Shown: piece by piece, positions 9,865-18,694 of the stretch | Numbering within the stretch: the first letter of the stretch is position 1 | Layout of the letters: each line of letters starts with the position of its first letter | DNA from: Candidatus Parcubacteria bacterium | Lineage (GTDB): Bacteria > Patescibacteriota > Patescibacteriia > Buchananbacterales > SURF-54 | DNA length: 64,000 nt | Assembly: GCA_003599635.1 (NCBI GenBank) | Contig: QZIX01000012.1 | Location: 12,722-76,721 of the forward strand | Direction: 5' to 3' | Notes under the pieces: generated by a model | Seen by the model: only the letters and a program-made list of their open reading frames with translations | What the model was told of the DNA's origin: nothing | Database searches by the model: none | Made by a program: the position numbers and the translations under genes

Positions 9865-10419
9865 ATGTTCGAAAAGTTGATATCAAAACCAAAAGAATTG
9901 AAGGATAATTGTTTTTCTGAATTAGAAGAACTGCTGCAAAATATCCAGGCCAACGCCAAAAAAGCCCTTGATTTACTGAAAAACGAAGAGATTGATCCGC
10001 TGGTGCTTAAAGAATCTCTTTCAAAATCCGCCCGAAACGAAGACACTCAGAATGTTTTAGAGGGAGTTTTCAACGGACAGAATATGATTTCCTCGGATGG
10101 AAAAGAATTTATAGTGCCACCGAATTACGCCTCGAAATCGAAATTAATCGAGGGCGATTTGATGAAGCTGACAATTACCGTAAACGGATCATTTGTCTAT
10201 AAGCAGATAGGACCGTCGGAACGGGAACAGCTTATAGCAACACTGACCAAAAACGACGCCACCAGCGAATATTACGCTTTAAGCGATGAAGGCAAAAAAT
10301 GGAAGCTGCTCAGCGCGGCCGTCACCTATTTTCACGGTCACCCGGGAGATAAAGTTGTAATAGTCGTTCCCAGAGGCGCCAAAAGCACCTGGGCAGCCGT
10401 GGAAAACATCATTAAATGA
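9865..10419 (+). CDS. Hypothetical protein
   Basis: 184-aa ORF 14 nt after the previous gene, followed by a bidirectional hairpin terminator. No family recognised. Confidence 0.55.
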   Translation: MFEKLISKPKELKDNCFSELEELLQNIQANAKKALDLLKNEEIDPLVLKESLSKSARNEDTQNVLEGVFNGQNMISSDGKEFIVPPNYASKSKLIEGDLMKLTITVNGSFVYKQIGPSEREQLIATLTKNDATSEYYALSDEGKKWKLLSAAVTYFHGHPGDKVVIVVPRGAKSTWAAVENIIK

Positions 10420-10451
10420 AAGATCGTAAACTGCGGGTGGGGGCGAGTTAA

Positions 10452-10478
10452 AAATTTCTCTTGAAGAGAAATTTTTTT
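10452..10478. terminator. Bidirectional intrinsic terminator between convergent genes
   Basis: Inverted repeat AAATTTCTCT / AGAGAAATTT with a TGA loop. A-run upstream and T-run downstream. Confidence 0.55.
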
Positions 10479-10493
10479 GATTTTCCGCGTCTT

Positions 10494-11105
10494 CTATTTG
10501 GAAGCCGATTTTAACCGTCGGGCGACTGTTTTCCAGTTGACAATTTTCCAGAAATTTTTAAAAAATGTCGCTTTTTCATTTTTATAATCCAGGTAGTAAG
10601 CGTGTTCAAAAGCATCCAAAACCAAAAGAATTGAAAAAAGAGGGTAAATATTCAAATTGTGTTTTTCTATCTGCATAATCAGAAGACGTTTGGTCTGATG
10701 GCAAAAAGTCAAAGCAGCCCAGCCCGATCCCTCAACTTCCATTGCCGTCTGGACAAATTCTTCCTTAAAACGCTCAAAACTGACAAATTGACTGGCAATT
10801 AAGCTGGCTAATTTTTCTTCGGGGGCATTCGATTCTTTTTCCGGACAAAGATTTTCCCAAAAAAGACTGTGCAGTATGTGACCGCCGATATTAAATGAAA
10901 GCGCTTTTAGCATTGCTTTTAGGTCCATTTCCGAACCTAAATTTCTTTGATTATCAGACTTTTCCAAAATAGCGTTGGCTTTAGTGACGTATGTCGCGTG
11001 GTGTTTTTGATGATGAATCGTTAAGAGATCCGCTGAAATGTAAGGCTCCAAAGAATTATAGCCGTACGGCAGTTCGGGAAGTTTGTAATATTTTTCTTCA
11101 GTCAT
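10494..11105 (-). CDS. Fe/Mn-family superoxide dismutase
   Basis: N-terminal HHQKHH and C-terminal DAFEHAYYLDYKN signature of Fe/Mn SODs. 203 aa. Confidence 0.9.
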   Translation of the reverse strand: MTEEKYYKLPELPYGYNSLEPYISADLLTIHHQKHHATYVTKANAILEKSDNQRNLGSEMDLKAMLKALSFNIGGHILHSLFWENLCPEKESNAPEEKLASLIASQFVSFERFKEEFVQTAMEVEGSGWAALTFCHQTKRLLIMQIEKHNLNIYPLFSILLVLDAFEHAYYLDYKNEKATFFKNFWKIVNWKTVARRLKSASK

Positions 11106-11304
11106 AATTTTTTTATTAATGCAGTTAAATATTATTTATTTTGTTAAAATATCAGGAAATTGTGAAATCGTATTTATTATATATAGTTTTTTTTGATTAA
11201 GCCAGGATTAATCGCCTGTTGTAATTTTAAAAAAAATTGGGTTTTAGCGCAATAAGCAAACAAGTATTTACTAACTGAAATTTTTGGTATAAAATGAAGT
11301 AGCT

Positions 11305-12858
11305 ATGAATCTGACTTTATATAGAAAATACAGGCCCGCCACCTTTGATGAGCTGACCGGGCAAAATCATATTAAAATTACCCTGCAAAATGAAATTGAA
11401 ACCGGGCGTATTTCACATGCTTATCTTTTTTGCGGGCCGCGGGGAGTAGGGAAAACAACTGCCGCCAGAATTTTTGCCAAAACCATAAACTGCCAAAATT
11501 TATCCAAGACCAAAAATGAACCGTGCGGTAAATGCGATTTTTGCCTGGAAATCGCCCAGGCGCGTTGTTTGGATATAATCGAAATCGATGCGGCTTCCAA
11601 TCGGGGGATTGATGAGATCAGGGACTTGCGCGAAAAGGTGAAATATTCGCCGTCACGGCTTAAATACAAAGTGTATATAGTAGATGAGGCGCACATGCTG
11701 ACCATTGAGGCGTTTAACGCTTTGCTCAAAACCCTGGAAGAACCGCCCGCGCATTCGATTTTTATTCTGGTTACCACGGAAACGCATAAACTGCCGGAGA
11801 CAATCATTTCCCGCTGTCAGCGTTTTGATTTTAAGAAGATAAATTCGGCAGATTTGATTTCCCGTCTGTCCATGATAGTAAGCAGGGAAAAAAAAGAAGT
11901 GCCTGATTCAGTTTTGCAAAGAATTGCCCGGCATTCAGAGGGTTGCGCCCGGGACGCCGAAAGTCTTTTGGGGCAGATTTTATCCCTGGGTGAAAAAAAA
12001 ATTTCACAGGAAATGGCCGATCTTGTCATCCCCGGTTCTAACTTGCATTCGGTACTGGAACTTGTCGGCTATTTGTCAAAAAAGGACGCAGTTTCCGGAA
12101 TAGCTTTAGTTAACAAATTTTTAAACGAGGGCTATGATTTGCGAATTTTTACAGCTGATTTAATTGAGGTTTTAAGGAAAATAATGCTCATTAAAATCGA
12201 CCTTAAACTGAATGACTTTGTTTCAGAATACGATAAGGATCTGGAAAAAATGATTTCTGTTCTGGTGGCTGATATTTCCAAGGAAGAAATAATTTTTATG
12301 ATTGAAAAATTTATTTCAGTCGGAAAGGAATTAAAGTTTGCCGATATAGTCCAGTTTCCTTTGGAAGTGGCGATAGTTGAAATCTGCAGCCGTAAAGGAG
12401 AAAGCCGCAAGGACACGCCAAAAACGGATGAGCTTCCCCGCTTGCCGGAATCAAAAAAAAAATTAAATGCAAATGGAGCAGTTCACGGCACGGCTTTGGA
12501 ATCCAGTCTGGTCCAGATAAAAAAGAGGTGGCAGGAAGTTCTGCTATGCCTTAAAAAATACAATAATTCTCTGGCTTCGGCACTGAAAACGGCCAGTCCG
12601 AGCAATTTTGAAAACGATACAGTGCAGATCTGCTTTAAGTACCAATTTCATCAGGAAAGGTTTAATGAGCCGAAAAACAGGGATTTGGTGGAAAATGCCT
12701 TTAAGGAAATTTTAGGATTTGACATCAGGATAAATCCTGTTAATATAAACGAATTGCCTGAAGGCAAGGCCAGCCAAATTGAAGCCGATATGCCAAAGCC
12801 GGCTGAAACAGGACTTGACCAGATATTGCAAGCATTTGGCGGCAAGATAGTCGATTAA
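11305..12858 (+). CDS. dnaX: DNA polymerase III subunit gamma/tau
   Basis: AAA+ clamp-loader N-terminus (YRPATFDELTGQ, GPRGVGKTT, IVDEAHML, SRCQRF) and zinc-module cysteines (CGKCDFC). Confidence 0.9.
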   Translation: MNLTLYRKYRPATFDELTGQNHIKITLQNEIETGRISHAYLFCGPRGVGKTTAARIFAKTINCQNLSKTKNEPCGKCDFCLEIAQARCLDIIEIDAASNRGIDEIRDLREKVKYSPSRLKYKVYIVDEAHMLTIEAFNALLKTLEEPPAHSIFILVTTETHKLPETIISRCQRFDFKKINSADLISRLSMIVSREKKEVPDSVLQRIARHSEGCARDAESLLGQILSLGEKKISQEMADLVIPGSNLHSVLELVGYLSKKDAVSGIALVNKFLNEGYDLRIFTADLIEVLRKIMLIKIDLKLNDFVSEYDKDLEKMISVLVADISKEEIIFMIEKFISVGKELKFADIVQFPLEVAIVEICSRKGESRKDTPKTDELPRLPESKKKLNANGAVHGTALESSLVQIKKRWQEVLLCLKKYNNSLASALKTASPSNFENDTVQICFKYQFHQERFNEPKNRDLVENAFKEILGFDIRINPVNINELPEGKASQIEADMPKPAETGLDQILQAFGGKIVD

Positions 12859-12926
12859 GCGGCAGTTAAAATCAGTTGAATTTAGTATTTGACATTTAAG
12901 GTCATTTTTATTTTCACGCGCAGTTT

Positions 12927-12997
12927 TCGGGGGTCGTCTAATGGTAGGACATTAGGCTCTGGACCTAAGAATCGGGGTTCAAATCCCTGCCCCCGAG
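12927..12997 (+). tRNA. tRNA-Gln (anticodon CUG), CCA not encoded
   Basis: Hand-folded cloverleaf with 7-bp acceptor TCGGGGG/CCCCCGA (U1-A72, G73). D-loop AATGGTA. Anticodon stem TTAGG/CCTAA with loop CTCTGGA. T-arm CGGGG-TTCAAAT-CCCTG. Confidence 0.88.
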
Positions 12998-13050
12998 ATC
13001 TGCACGGGAAGCAGCAGATCCTAAACAAATAAATTTTTAGCTTAAAAATT

Positions 13051-13079
13051 AAACCGTCCATGTCAGCGCGGTTTTTTTT
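13051..13079 (+). terminator. Putative intrinsic terminator after tRNA-Gln
   Basis: Short stem AACCG/CGGTT followed by a T8 run. Confidence 0.45.
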
Positions 13080-13219
13080 ATGGAACGATCATTCCGTTTG
13101 TCAGAATTTTATTTTTAAATCTTCTATTTTAATAAAATCTTAATGAAAAATTTTTAAAATTAATTCTGCTTTTTTTGATTGCTCATCAATGTTTTCTGTA
13201 ATTGGAAAGGGCGAAAAAA

Positions 13220-13427
13220 ATGAAAAAAATATCCGCGGCATTTGCCAACGACAAAAAAGGCTCGCCGGTATATAAACGCCTGGATTGAGAGGGCAGGCGG
13301 CTCAATTCCTTTTGACGAGCTCAAAAAAAATTCAAAAATGAATTTTTGTTCGAACTTTATCCCGACGGTCTGGAAAAGGAATCTTGAAGGAAATATTGTG
13401 GGAATCAAGTATATAGATTCCAGCTAA
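13220..13427 (+). pseudogene. Small ORF (about 68 aa) split by a +1 frame change, possibly at the A6 run 13251-13256
   Basis: ATG at 13220 with the purine-rich box GGAAAGGG upstream reads 22 codons to TGA. The +1 frame continues for 61 codons (..WIERAGGSIPFDELKK..) but has only a TTG start and no RBS. Confidence 0.3.
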
Positions 13428-13633
13428 TTTTTTTCCTTGGGTGATAGAAATATCATTCTTTTTATTTAAAGGGTATTTAATATGTACCGAAAAAATTCTT
13501 AATGAATATTTAATGTTTGCCGTCATATCATTAAGACAATAGGAACGTGAAAAACTCATTAAAATCTTGAAAAGGAGGTGACGTTCTTTAAGCTAGTTCT
13601 TTTAAATACCGGGTAAATGGAAAGGAAGAAAAA

Positions 13634-15478
13634 ATGTTTCCGAAAAAGAAGGACCTGTTTTTTGTATTTGCGGCCTTGCTTGCCGTAACTGTTATCGGTT
13701 GCGGCGGCGGCGGAGGAGGGGGAGGCGCTGTCAATCAGCCGCCTGTAATATATCCTCCGGTTCCAAACATTACTACCGTGCAGGATCAGTCCGTGACATT
13801 GGATTTGACTGGTTATGAAACGGACCCTGATGATCCCCACGAAAAACTGACCTGGTCGGTTAGCGATGTCGATGAAACTATTTTCACGGCCAGCGTCGAA
13901 AAATCAACTGACATCCTGTGCATTATCCCAAAGCCCGGGGCAACCGGATGCGATGACATCAAACTGACATTGACTGATTCACAGGGAGCTTGCGACTGGC
14001 AGCTGGTAACAGTGACTATACTTGCTGCCGGCAGCAACCCCCCGCAAATCAGTGATATACCTGATGTTCATCTGCATCCAGGACAGACCGGCGACCTGAA
14101 TCTCGATTCGTATGTTTCTGATCCGGATAACGCCGATTCGGAACTGACTTGGCAGGCAGCGGGACAGAGCAGAATTTCGGTGTCGATTGATCCGGTTTCC
14201 CGCCTTGCGACTTTTGTTGCACCGGCCGATTTTTTAGGCACGGAGGAAATAACTTTTACCGTTTTTGATCCGCAGGGGCTTTTTGATTCAGATACAATGT
14301 CTGTTATTGTTTCTGAAGTTGTGTCCGGCGATCTTAACGGTAAATTGATGACGCTTATCTGGGTTAACTATTGTCCGAGCGGCCAGTGGGACCCGTCTGA
14401 AGGTGTTTTTCCTTCGGAAACGGTTATCCGTGAAGACCTGCAGCTTTTAAATTCCGTCGGCTTTACGGGGATAATAACGTGCAGTGCTGCCAATGTCTTA
14501 GGCAAGATTCCTCAGTTTGCCAAAGAATGCGGTTTTTCAGGCGTTATTATGGGAATCGACGATCCCCTAAGCGAGGAAGAAAAAAGCAATGCTTATGATG
14601 CGGCAGTTTTTGTTGACGGTTACAGTGTAGGCAATAACGGTCTTACTTTTGCCGTTTTTTACGGTGATCCTTACACCTACGAACAGCTGCTTTTGGCAAT
14701 TTCCGACCTTAAGGCGGCGACGGGAAAACCTGTAAGCACATCAGAGCCGATAAACACTTACTTTGACGGCAGCTTTTTTGTCAGCGCTGAACAAATAATG
14801 GCTGCGGGCGACTGGCTTTTCCCCAACATCTATCCGTATTTTGAAGACATTGGTAATCCCGGACAGGCATCGCTTGAAACCGACAACGCGTTTCGACAGC
14901 TGTGGTATTCAAAAGAATACTTCGGTGTCGGTGATAAAAATATCTTTATCAGGGAAACAGGCCTGCCGTCGTCCGGCTGCGCCGAGTGCAGTGAAATGAA
15001 TCAAGCCGAATATTTCGAAGAGCTGGAAATGACGGCGACCAAATTCGCGTATTTTGAGGGTTTTGACCAGCCGTGGCGGGAAGCGGAAATCGAAAGACAT
15101 CTGGGTCTGTATTACAATGACCGTTCCGAAAAACTCGCGGCGGGAAATCTTTCCTTGCCCGGAATAAATCTTCTTGACGTTCCCATTCTGGGCAGCCAGG
15201 ATAACCTCAAGGGACGCGTTTTGAACGTGGTACCGTCAGATTTCAGGATAATCAGCTATATCAAAGTTGATTCTAGCTGGTATATCAGGCCATCGTCATT
15301 GTCACCTTTTACGGTGATAGAATCGGACGGCCGCTTTGAGGTTGACATAACAACCCAACCGGGTGACGAAAATGCCGATGAAATAGCGCTCTTTGTGGTC
15401 AGCCCGGCCTATGTGCCGCCGCCAAGTTCATTGCCTTTGGCAGGTGATTACCTGACAGCTGAAAAAGTGTTAAGATAG
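13634..15478 (+). CDS. Surface lipoprotein with two Ig/cadherin-like repeats and a GH17-like (beta-1,3-glucanase-like) TIM-barrel domain
   Basis: Signal peptide with lipobox (AVTVIGC) and a poly-Gly linker. Two repeats of (D)LxLxxYxSDPD..ELTW. FIRETGLPSSG resembles the GH17 nucleophile motif ETGWPS. The expected GNE acid/base motif appears as VGNN. Confidence 0.6.
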   Translation: MFPKKKDLFFVFAALLAVTVIGCGGGGGGGGAVNQPPVIYPPVPNITTVQDQSVTLDLTGYETDPDDPHEKLTWSVSDVDETIFTASVEKSTDILCIIPKPGATGCDDIKLTLTDSQGACDWQLVTVTILAAGSNPPQISDIPDVHLHPGQTGDLNLDSYVSDPDNADSELTWQAAGQSRISVSIDPVSRLATFVAPADFLGTEEITFTVFDPQGLFDSDTMSVIVSEVVSGDLNGKLMTLIWVNYCPSGQWDPSEGVFPSETVIREDLQLLNSVGFTGIITCSAANVLGKIPQFAKECGFSGVIMGIDDPLSEEEKSNAYDAAVFVDGYSVGNNGLTFAVFYGDPYTYEQLLLAISDLKAATGKPVSTSEPINTYFDGSFFVSAEQIMAAGDWLFPNIYPYFEDIGNPGQASLETDNAFRQLWYSKEYFGVGDKNIFIRETGLPSSGCAECSEMNQAEYFEELEMTATKFAYFEGFDQPWREAEIERHLGLYYNDRSEKLAAGNLSLPGINLLDVPILGSQDNLKGRVLNVVPSDFRIISYIKVDSSWYIRPSSLSPFTVIESDGRFEVDITTQPGDENADEIALFVVSPAYVPPPSSLPLAGDYLTAEKVLR

Positions 15479-15504
15479 ATTAACTAACTTTATCAGCTCT
15501 ACTT

Positions 15505-15539
15505 CCTGCCTGCATTTTTCTTTGCAGGCAGGTTTTTTT
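15505..15539 (+). terminator. Intrinsic terminator
   Basis: 10-bp perfect stem CCTGCCTGCA / TGCAGGCAGG followed by a T7 run. Confidence 0.8.
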
Positions 15540-15689
15540 ATATGGCCAAAGGAATAAATGTGGCCGGTTTTATCAGCTATACCAAAATATGGTTTTTTGA
15601 AGTAAGCGTATCCGCCACTTGTCTAACACTCGTCAGGCATAATTAAGATTTTGAAACAAATTCAAGACTGGCTTTTTTTGTTATAGATT

Positions 15690-15698
15690 TGGTATAAT
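15690..15698 (+). promoter_or_regulatory. Extended -10 promoter element TGGTATAAT upstream of the MazG-like gene
   Basis: Exact TGnTATAAT match about 30 nt upstream of the ATG at 15727. Confidence 0.35.
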
Positions 15699-15726
15699 AA
15701 GTCTGTAAAGATGGCAAGATAAATAA

Positions 15727-16068
15727 ATGAAAAAACTGCAAAAACAAGTGGAAAATTTTATAAACAAAAGGGAATGGAGAAAGTACCATACGCCGAAAGA
15801 ATTGCTTTTGGCATTGGTTGAAGAGATAGGAGAATTCCGTAACATTATCAAATGGTAGCAAAACGAAAAAGAAATCAAAAAAAAGATTTTGGAAAACAGA
15901 AAAGAGGTTTTTGATTTTTTCGGAGATATGATGTGTGAATTAAGTTCCCTTGCCAATTATTGCGGAGTTGATCTGGAAAAAGCTTTAGCAGAAGTATTAA
16001 AAAAGCACGAAAAGCGTTTTCCTGCTGACAAAGTCAAAGGCAGACATACGAATGGCGATTGCAGTTAA
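15727..16068 (+). pseudogene. MazG-like nucleoside triphosphate pyrophosphohydrolase interrupted by an in-frame TAG (15856-15858)
   Basis: Single frame reads MKKLQKQVENFINKREWRKYHTPKELLLALVEEIGEFRNIIKW-TAG-QNEKEIKK..FFGDMMCELSSLANYCGVDLEKALAEVLKKHEKRFP. This matches small all-alpha MazG proteins (EExxE and ExxD-type helices). Both halves are under 60 aa, so the ORF track misses them. Confidence 0.7.
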
Positions 16069-16134
16069 TTTAACTTTCAATTTCTAATTAATCAGTTCGC
16101 CACGGGCAACTTCGGCGAGACTGGTAAATAATTT

Positions 16135-16398
16135 ATGCAATACGTAGAAAAAGAAATTTTTGAAATCAAGGAAAGGAATAAAAAAGTCGAAGCTGACAAG
16201 GCCTGGGAAATATCCTGGACAAGAAGGATGTGTATAGGTGCTGCAGTTTTTTTACTTGCGGGCATATGGCTTGGTCTGATAAACGACAGCTATCCCTGGT
16301 TAAAAGCGTTGGTACCGAGCGTCGGTTACATAATTTCCACATTAACTTTACCATTAGCGAAAAAATTTTGGTTAAAAAATATCAGACGGGTGATATAA
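16135..16398 (+). CDS. Small two-TM membrane protein, hypothetical
   Basis: 87-aa ORF with a charged N-terminus and two hydrophobic helices. Confidence 0.5.
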   Translation: MQYVEKEIFEIKERNKKVEADKAWEISWTRRMCIGAAVFLLAGIWLGLINDSYPWLKALVPSVGYIISTLTLPLAKKFWLKNIRRVI

Positions 16399-16550
16399 TC
16401 AAATATTTGGTTTGCCGGAAAGTCCGTCTCCAAATAAAATCCAAAAACTTATACTGTCAAAATTACGCTGGTAAAGTCAAAACAGGTTGTCAAGATAATA
16501 AGCTGTGTATAATTTTGTAAATACGCAGGCTGACACTAAAACATTAAAAA

Positions 16551-17306
16551 ATGTCCAAATATTACACGCCACAAAGAACCAGAAGTTTGTACAAAATCGG
16601 AGCCAAAGAGCCGTTTAAACTGTCGCGGTCAAAACTGGAGTTGTATATGGAATGCCCCAGATGTTTTTATTTAGACAGAAAAATCGGCATCAGCCGGCCT
16701 CCCTCATATCCCTTCACGCTGAATTCCGCAGTTGACAGGCTTTTGAAGCAGGAATTTGATATCTTCCGCGTCCGGGGCAATAAGCATCCTTTAATTGAAA
16801 AATACGGTATCGACGCTGTTCCTGTCGGGCATAAAAATCTGGAACAGTGGCGGCATAATTTTACCGGAATCCAGTTTTATCATCAGCCGACCAATTTATT
16901 GATTTACGGCGCTATAGACGATTTGTGGCAGAATTCAAAAAAAGAATATATTGTAGTCGATTACAAAGCGACGTCAAAAGACGGCGATATTACCGATCTG
17001 GATCAGGAATGGCAGGATGCATATAAAAGACAGATGGAAATTTATCAGTGGCTGCTTCGTCAAAACGGGTTAAAAGTTTCCCCGACAGGCTATTTTGTTT
17101 ACTGTAACGGCCGGTCGGACAAAAAAGCGTTTGATGCCAAACTGGAATTTGACATCAGCTTAATACCTTACGTCGGAAACGACAGCTGGGTTGAAAAAAT
17201 TATTTTCGCTTCGCATTCCTGCCTTGAACAAAAGTCGCTTCCAAAACCGTCTGACGGCTGCGATTACTGCCGCTATAACCGATCAGTCAGCCGGTTTTCC
17301 CGATAA
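16551..17306 (+). CDS. PD-(D/E)XK nuclease superfamily protein, Cas4/RecB-like with cysteine cluster
   Basis: Motifs GAIDD...VVDYKAT (D..D/E-x-K) and QMEIYQWLL (QxxxY). N-terminal CPRC and C-terminal C..CDYC cysteines are compatible with a Cas4-type Fe-S or zinc site. Confidence 0.65.
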   Translation: MSKYYTPQRTRSLYKIGAKEPFKLSRSKLELYMECPRCFYLDRKIGISRPPSYPFTLNSAVDRLLKQEFDIFRVRGNKHPLIEKYGIDAVPVGHKNLEQWRHNFTGIQFYHQPTNLLIYGAIDDLWQNSKKEYIVVDYKATSKDGDITDLDQEWQDAYKRQMEIYQWLLRQNGLKVSPTGYFVYCNGRSDKKAFDAKLEFDISLIPYVGNDSWVEKIIFASHSCLEQKSLPKPSDGCDYCRYNRSVSRFSR

Positions 17307-17367
17307 ATCCGCCCGATGTTTTTTACCTTAAATAGAGTTATAATAAACAAATATTGACTTATGATAT

Positions 17368-18144
17368 ATGATAATAGATTGCCACACCCATATCTATTTC
17401 GAAGAAACCTATCAGGAATATCTGAAAGAATCTGCCGGCATGGTTTCTGTCGTCGTCTGCATCCAAAGTTCCCGTTATGACCTGGAACATCTTATTGAAT
17501 TTGCGAGCACAAAAAAAGATTTTTTTATTATCGCCGCTTTTGACGCCTTAAAAAATCCGAAACGGTCGCTTAAACAACTGGAAAGGTGCTTTAAAGAAGA
17601 AAAAATAGTCGGAGCTAAAGTCTGTCCCGGCTGCCAGAAATTGCCCGCTACGGATCAGACTTTCAGTCCGCTTTTCACGCTGTGTCAGAAATATAAAAAA
17701 CCGGTCATCATCCATAACGGTTGGTCGCCTGATTTTGCACCGTTATTGAAATATTTTAGCCTTTCCGATATTGATGAACTGGCCCGTAAGTATCCTGGTT
17801 GCAATATCATTGTTTCAGGTTTTGGTTTTCCTTACTTTTTTGAATCCGCTTTCGTGGCCCATAAAAATAAAAACGTTTTTTTGGATATTTCAGGAAATAT
17901 TTCAGACGGCGAAAATATGGCTTTGGACAGGCAGATCCGGCAGTACACTGACGATTTAAGGAAATTGCTTACTTATTATCCAGGCATAGAAAATAAGATA
18001 CTTTTTGGGACGGATTTTGCCGGAGAAAACACGCCTTTAAGCCTGGTTAACCCTTATATAAAAGTAATTGACAATCTTTTTGACGGTGAAATGAAAGAAA
18101 ATGCCTTTGGCGGTTTGGCAAAAAAGTTGTTTTTTAACCGGTAA
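17368..18144 (+). CDS. Metal-dependent amidohydrolase-fold (TIM barrel) hydrolase
   Basis: N-terminal IIDCHTHIY metal-binding HxH motif, later IHNGW and GTDF motifs. 258 aa. Confidence 0.6.
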   Translation: MIIDCHTHIYFEETYQEYLKESAGMVSVVVCIQSSRYDLEHLIEFASTKKDFFIIAAFDALKNPKRSLKQLERCFKEEKIVGAKVCPGCQKLPATDQTFSPLFTLCQKYKKPVIIHNGWSPDFAPLLKYFSLSDIDELARKYPGCNIIVSGFGFPYFFESAFVAHKNKNVFLDISGNISDGENMALDRQIRQYTDDLRKLLTYYPGIENKILFGTDFAGENTPLSLVNPYIKVIDNLFDGEMKENAFGGLAKKLFFNR

Positions 18145-18191
18145 ATTTAAAGCAACGGGCAACAATATGATGGCAAAAATGAAAGAAACTT

Positions 18192-18692
18192 ATGTTCATA
18201 GCAAATAAAATAAAAATTGACCATTCAATAAAGGTTGGGCTGTGTTTCGGTATGACGTCAGGCATTATAACAACCCTCGGCCTTATGGTCGGACTTCATT
18301 CAGGGACGCATTTAAAAACTGTTGTTATAGGAGGGATACTGACAATTGCTGTCGCCGATGCTTTTTCCGATGCCTTGGGCATTCACATTTCGGAAGAGTC
18401 GGAAAATAAGCATACGGAAAAACAAATTTGGCTGTCAACTTTAGCGACTTTTTTTGCCAAATTTTTTCTGGCTACATCTTTTATGGTTCCTGTCGTACTG
18501 CTAAGGCTGGACCAGGCGATGATTGTAAGCATTGTCTGGGGAACGGCAATAATTTCCGCTTTAAGTTATTTTATTGCCAGGGACGGCAATGAGAGCGCAA
18601 TCAAAGTTATTTTTGAGCATCTGTTTATTATATTTTTGGTTGTGACAATAACGCACTTTATAGGCGACTTAATTTCACGTCTGCTTTATTAG
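18192..18692 (+). CDS. Polytopic membrane protein, possibly VIT1/CCC1-like
   Basis: 166 aa with 4-5 TM helices. Acidic loop AVADAFSDALGIHISEESE resembles the metal-binding cytoplasmic loop of VIT-family proteins. Assignment is weak. Confidence 0.4.
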   Translation: MFIANKIKIDHSIKVGLCFGMTSGIITTLGLMVGLHSGTHLKTVVIGGILTIAVADAFSDALGIHISEESENKHTEKQIWLSTLATFFAKFFLATSFMVPVVLLRLDQAMIVSIVWGTAIISALSYFIARDGNESAIKVIFEHLFIIFLVVTITHFIGDLISRLLY

Positions 18693-18694
18693 TT

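Noticed and set aside
12997-13020. Hairpin GATCTGC...GCAGATC immediately 3' of tRNA-Gln as a separate regulatory element
   Set aside because: It overlaps the discriminator base and is most simply a 3'-trailer processing structure or part of the tRNA terminator region. There is not enough evidence for an independent function.
13160-13840. Three minus-strand ORFs (13160-13408, 13332-13559, 13559-13840)
   Set aside because: They overlap one another, the + strand small ORF and the 5' end of the lipoprotein gene. They are Phe/Ile/Lys-rich as expected from random AT-rich sequence and have no RBS.
15856-15858. Alternative genetic code (TAG or TGA reassignment) as the explanation for the in-frame TAG
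   Set aside because: TAG, TGA and TAA each end recognisable genes at expected lengths: TAG at 15476-15478, TGA at 6742-6744 and 10417-10419, TAA for murF, cysS and lepA. No conserved gene needs readthrough of any stop codon.
16230-16520. 96-aa + strand ORF overlapping the 87-aa membrane protein gene in another frame
   Set aside because: The 16135-16398 frame gives a coherent two-TM protein. The alternative frame is Cys/Lys-rich with no features, and it runs through the promoter-like region of the next gene.
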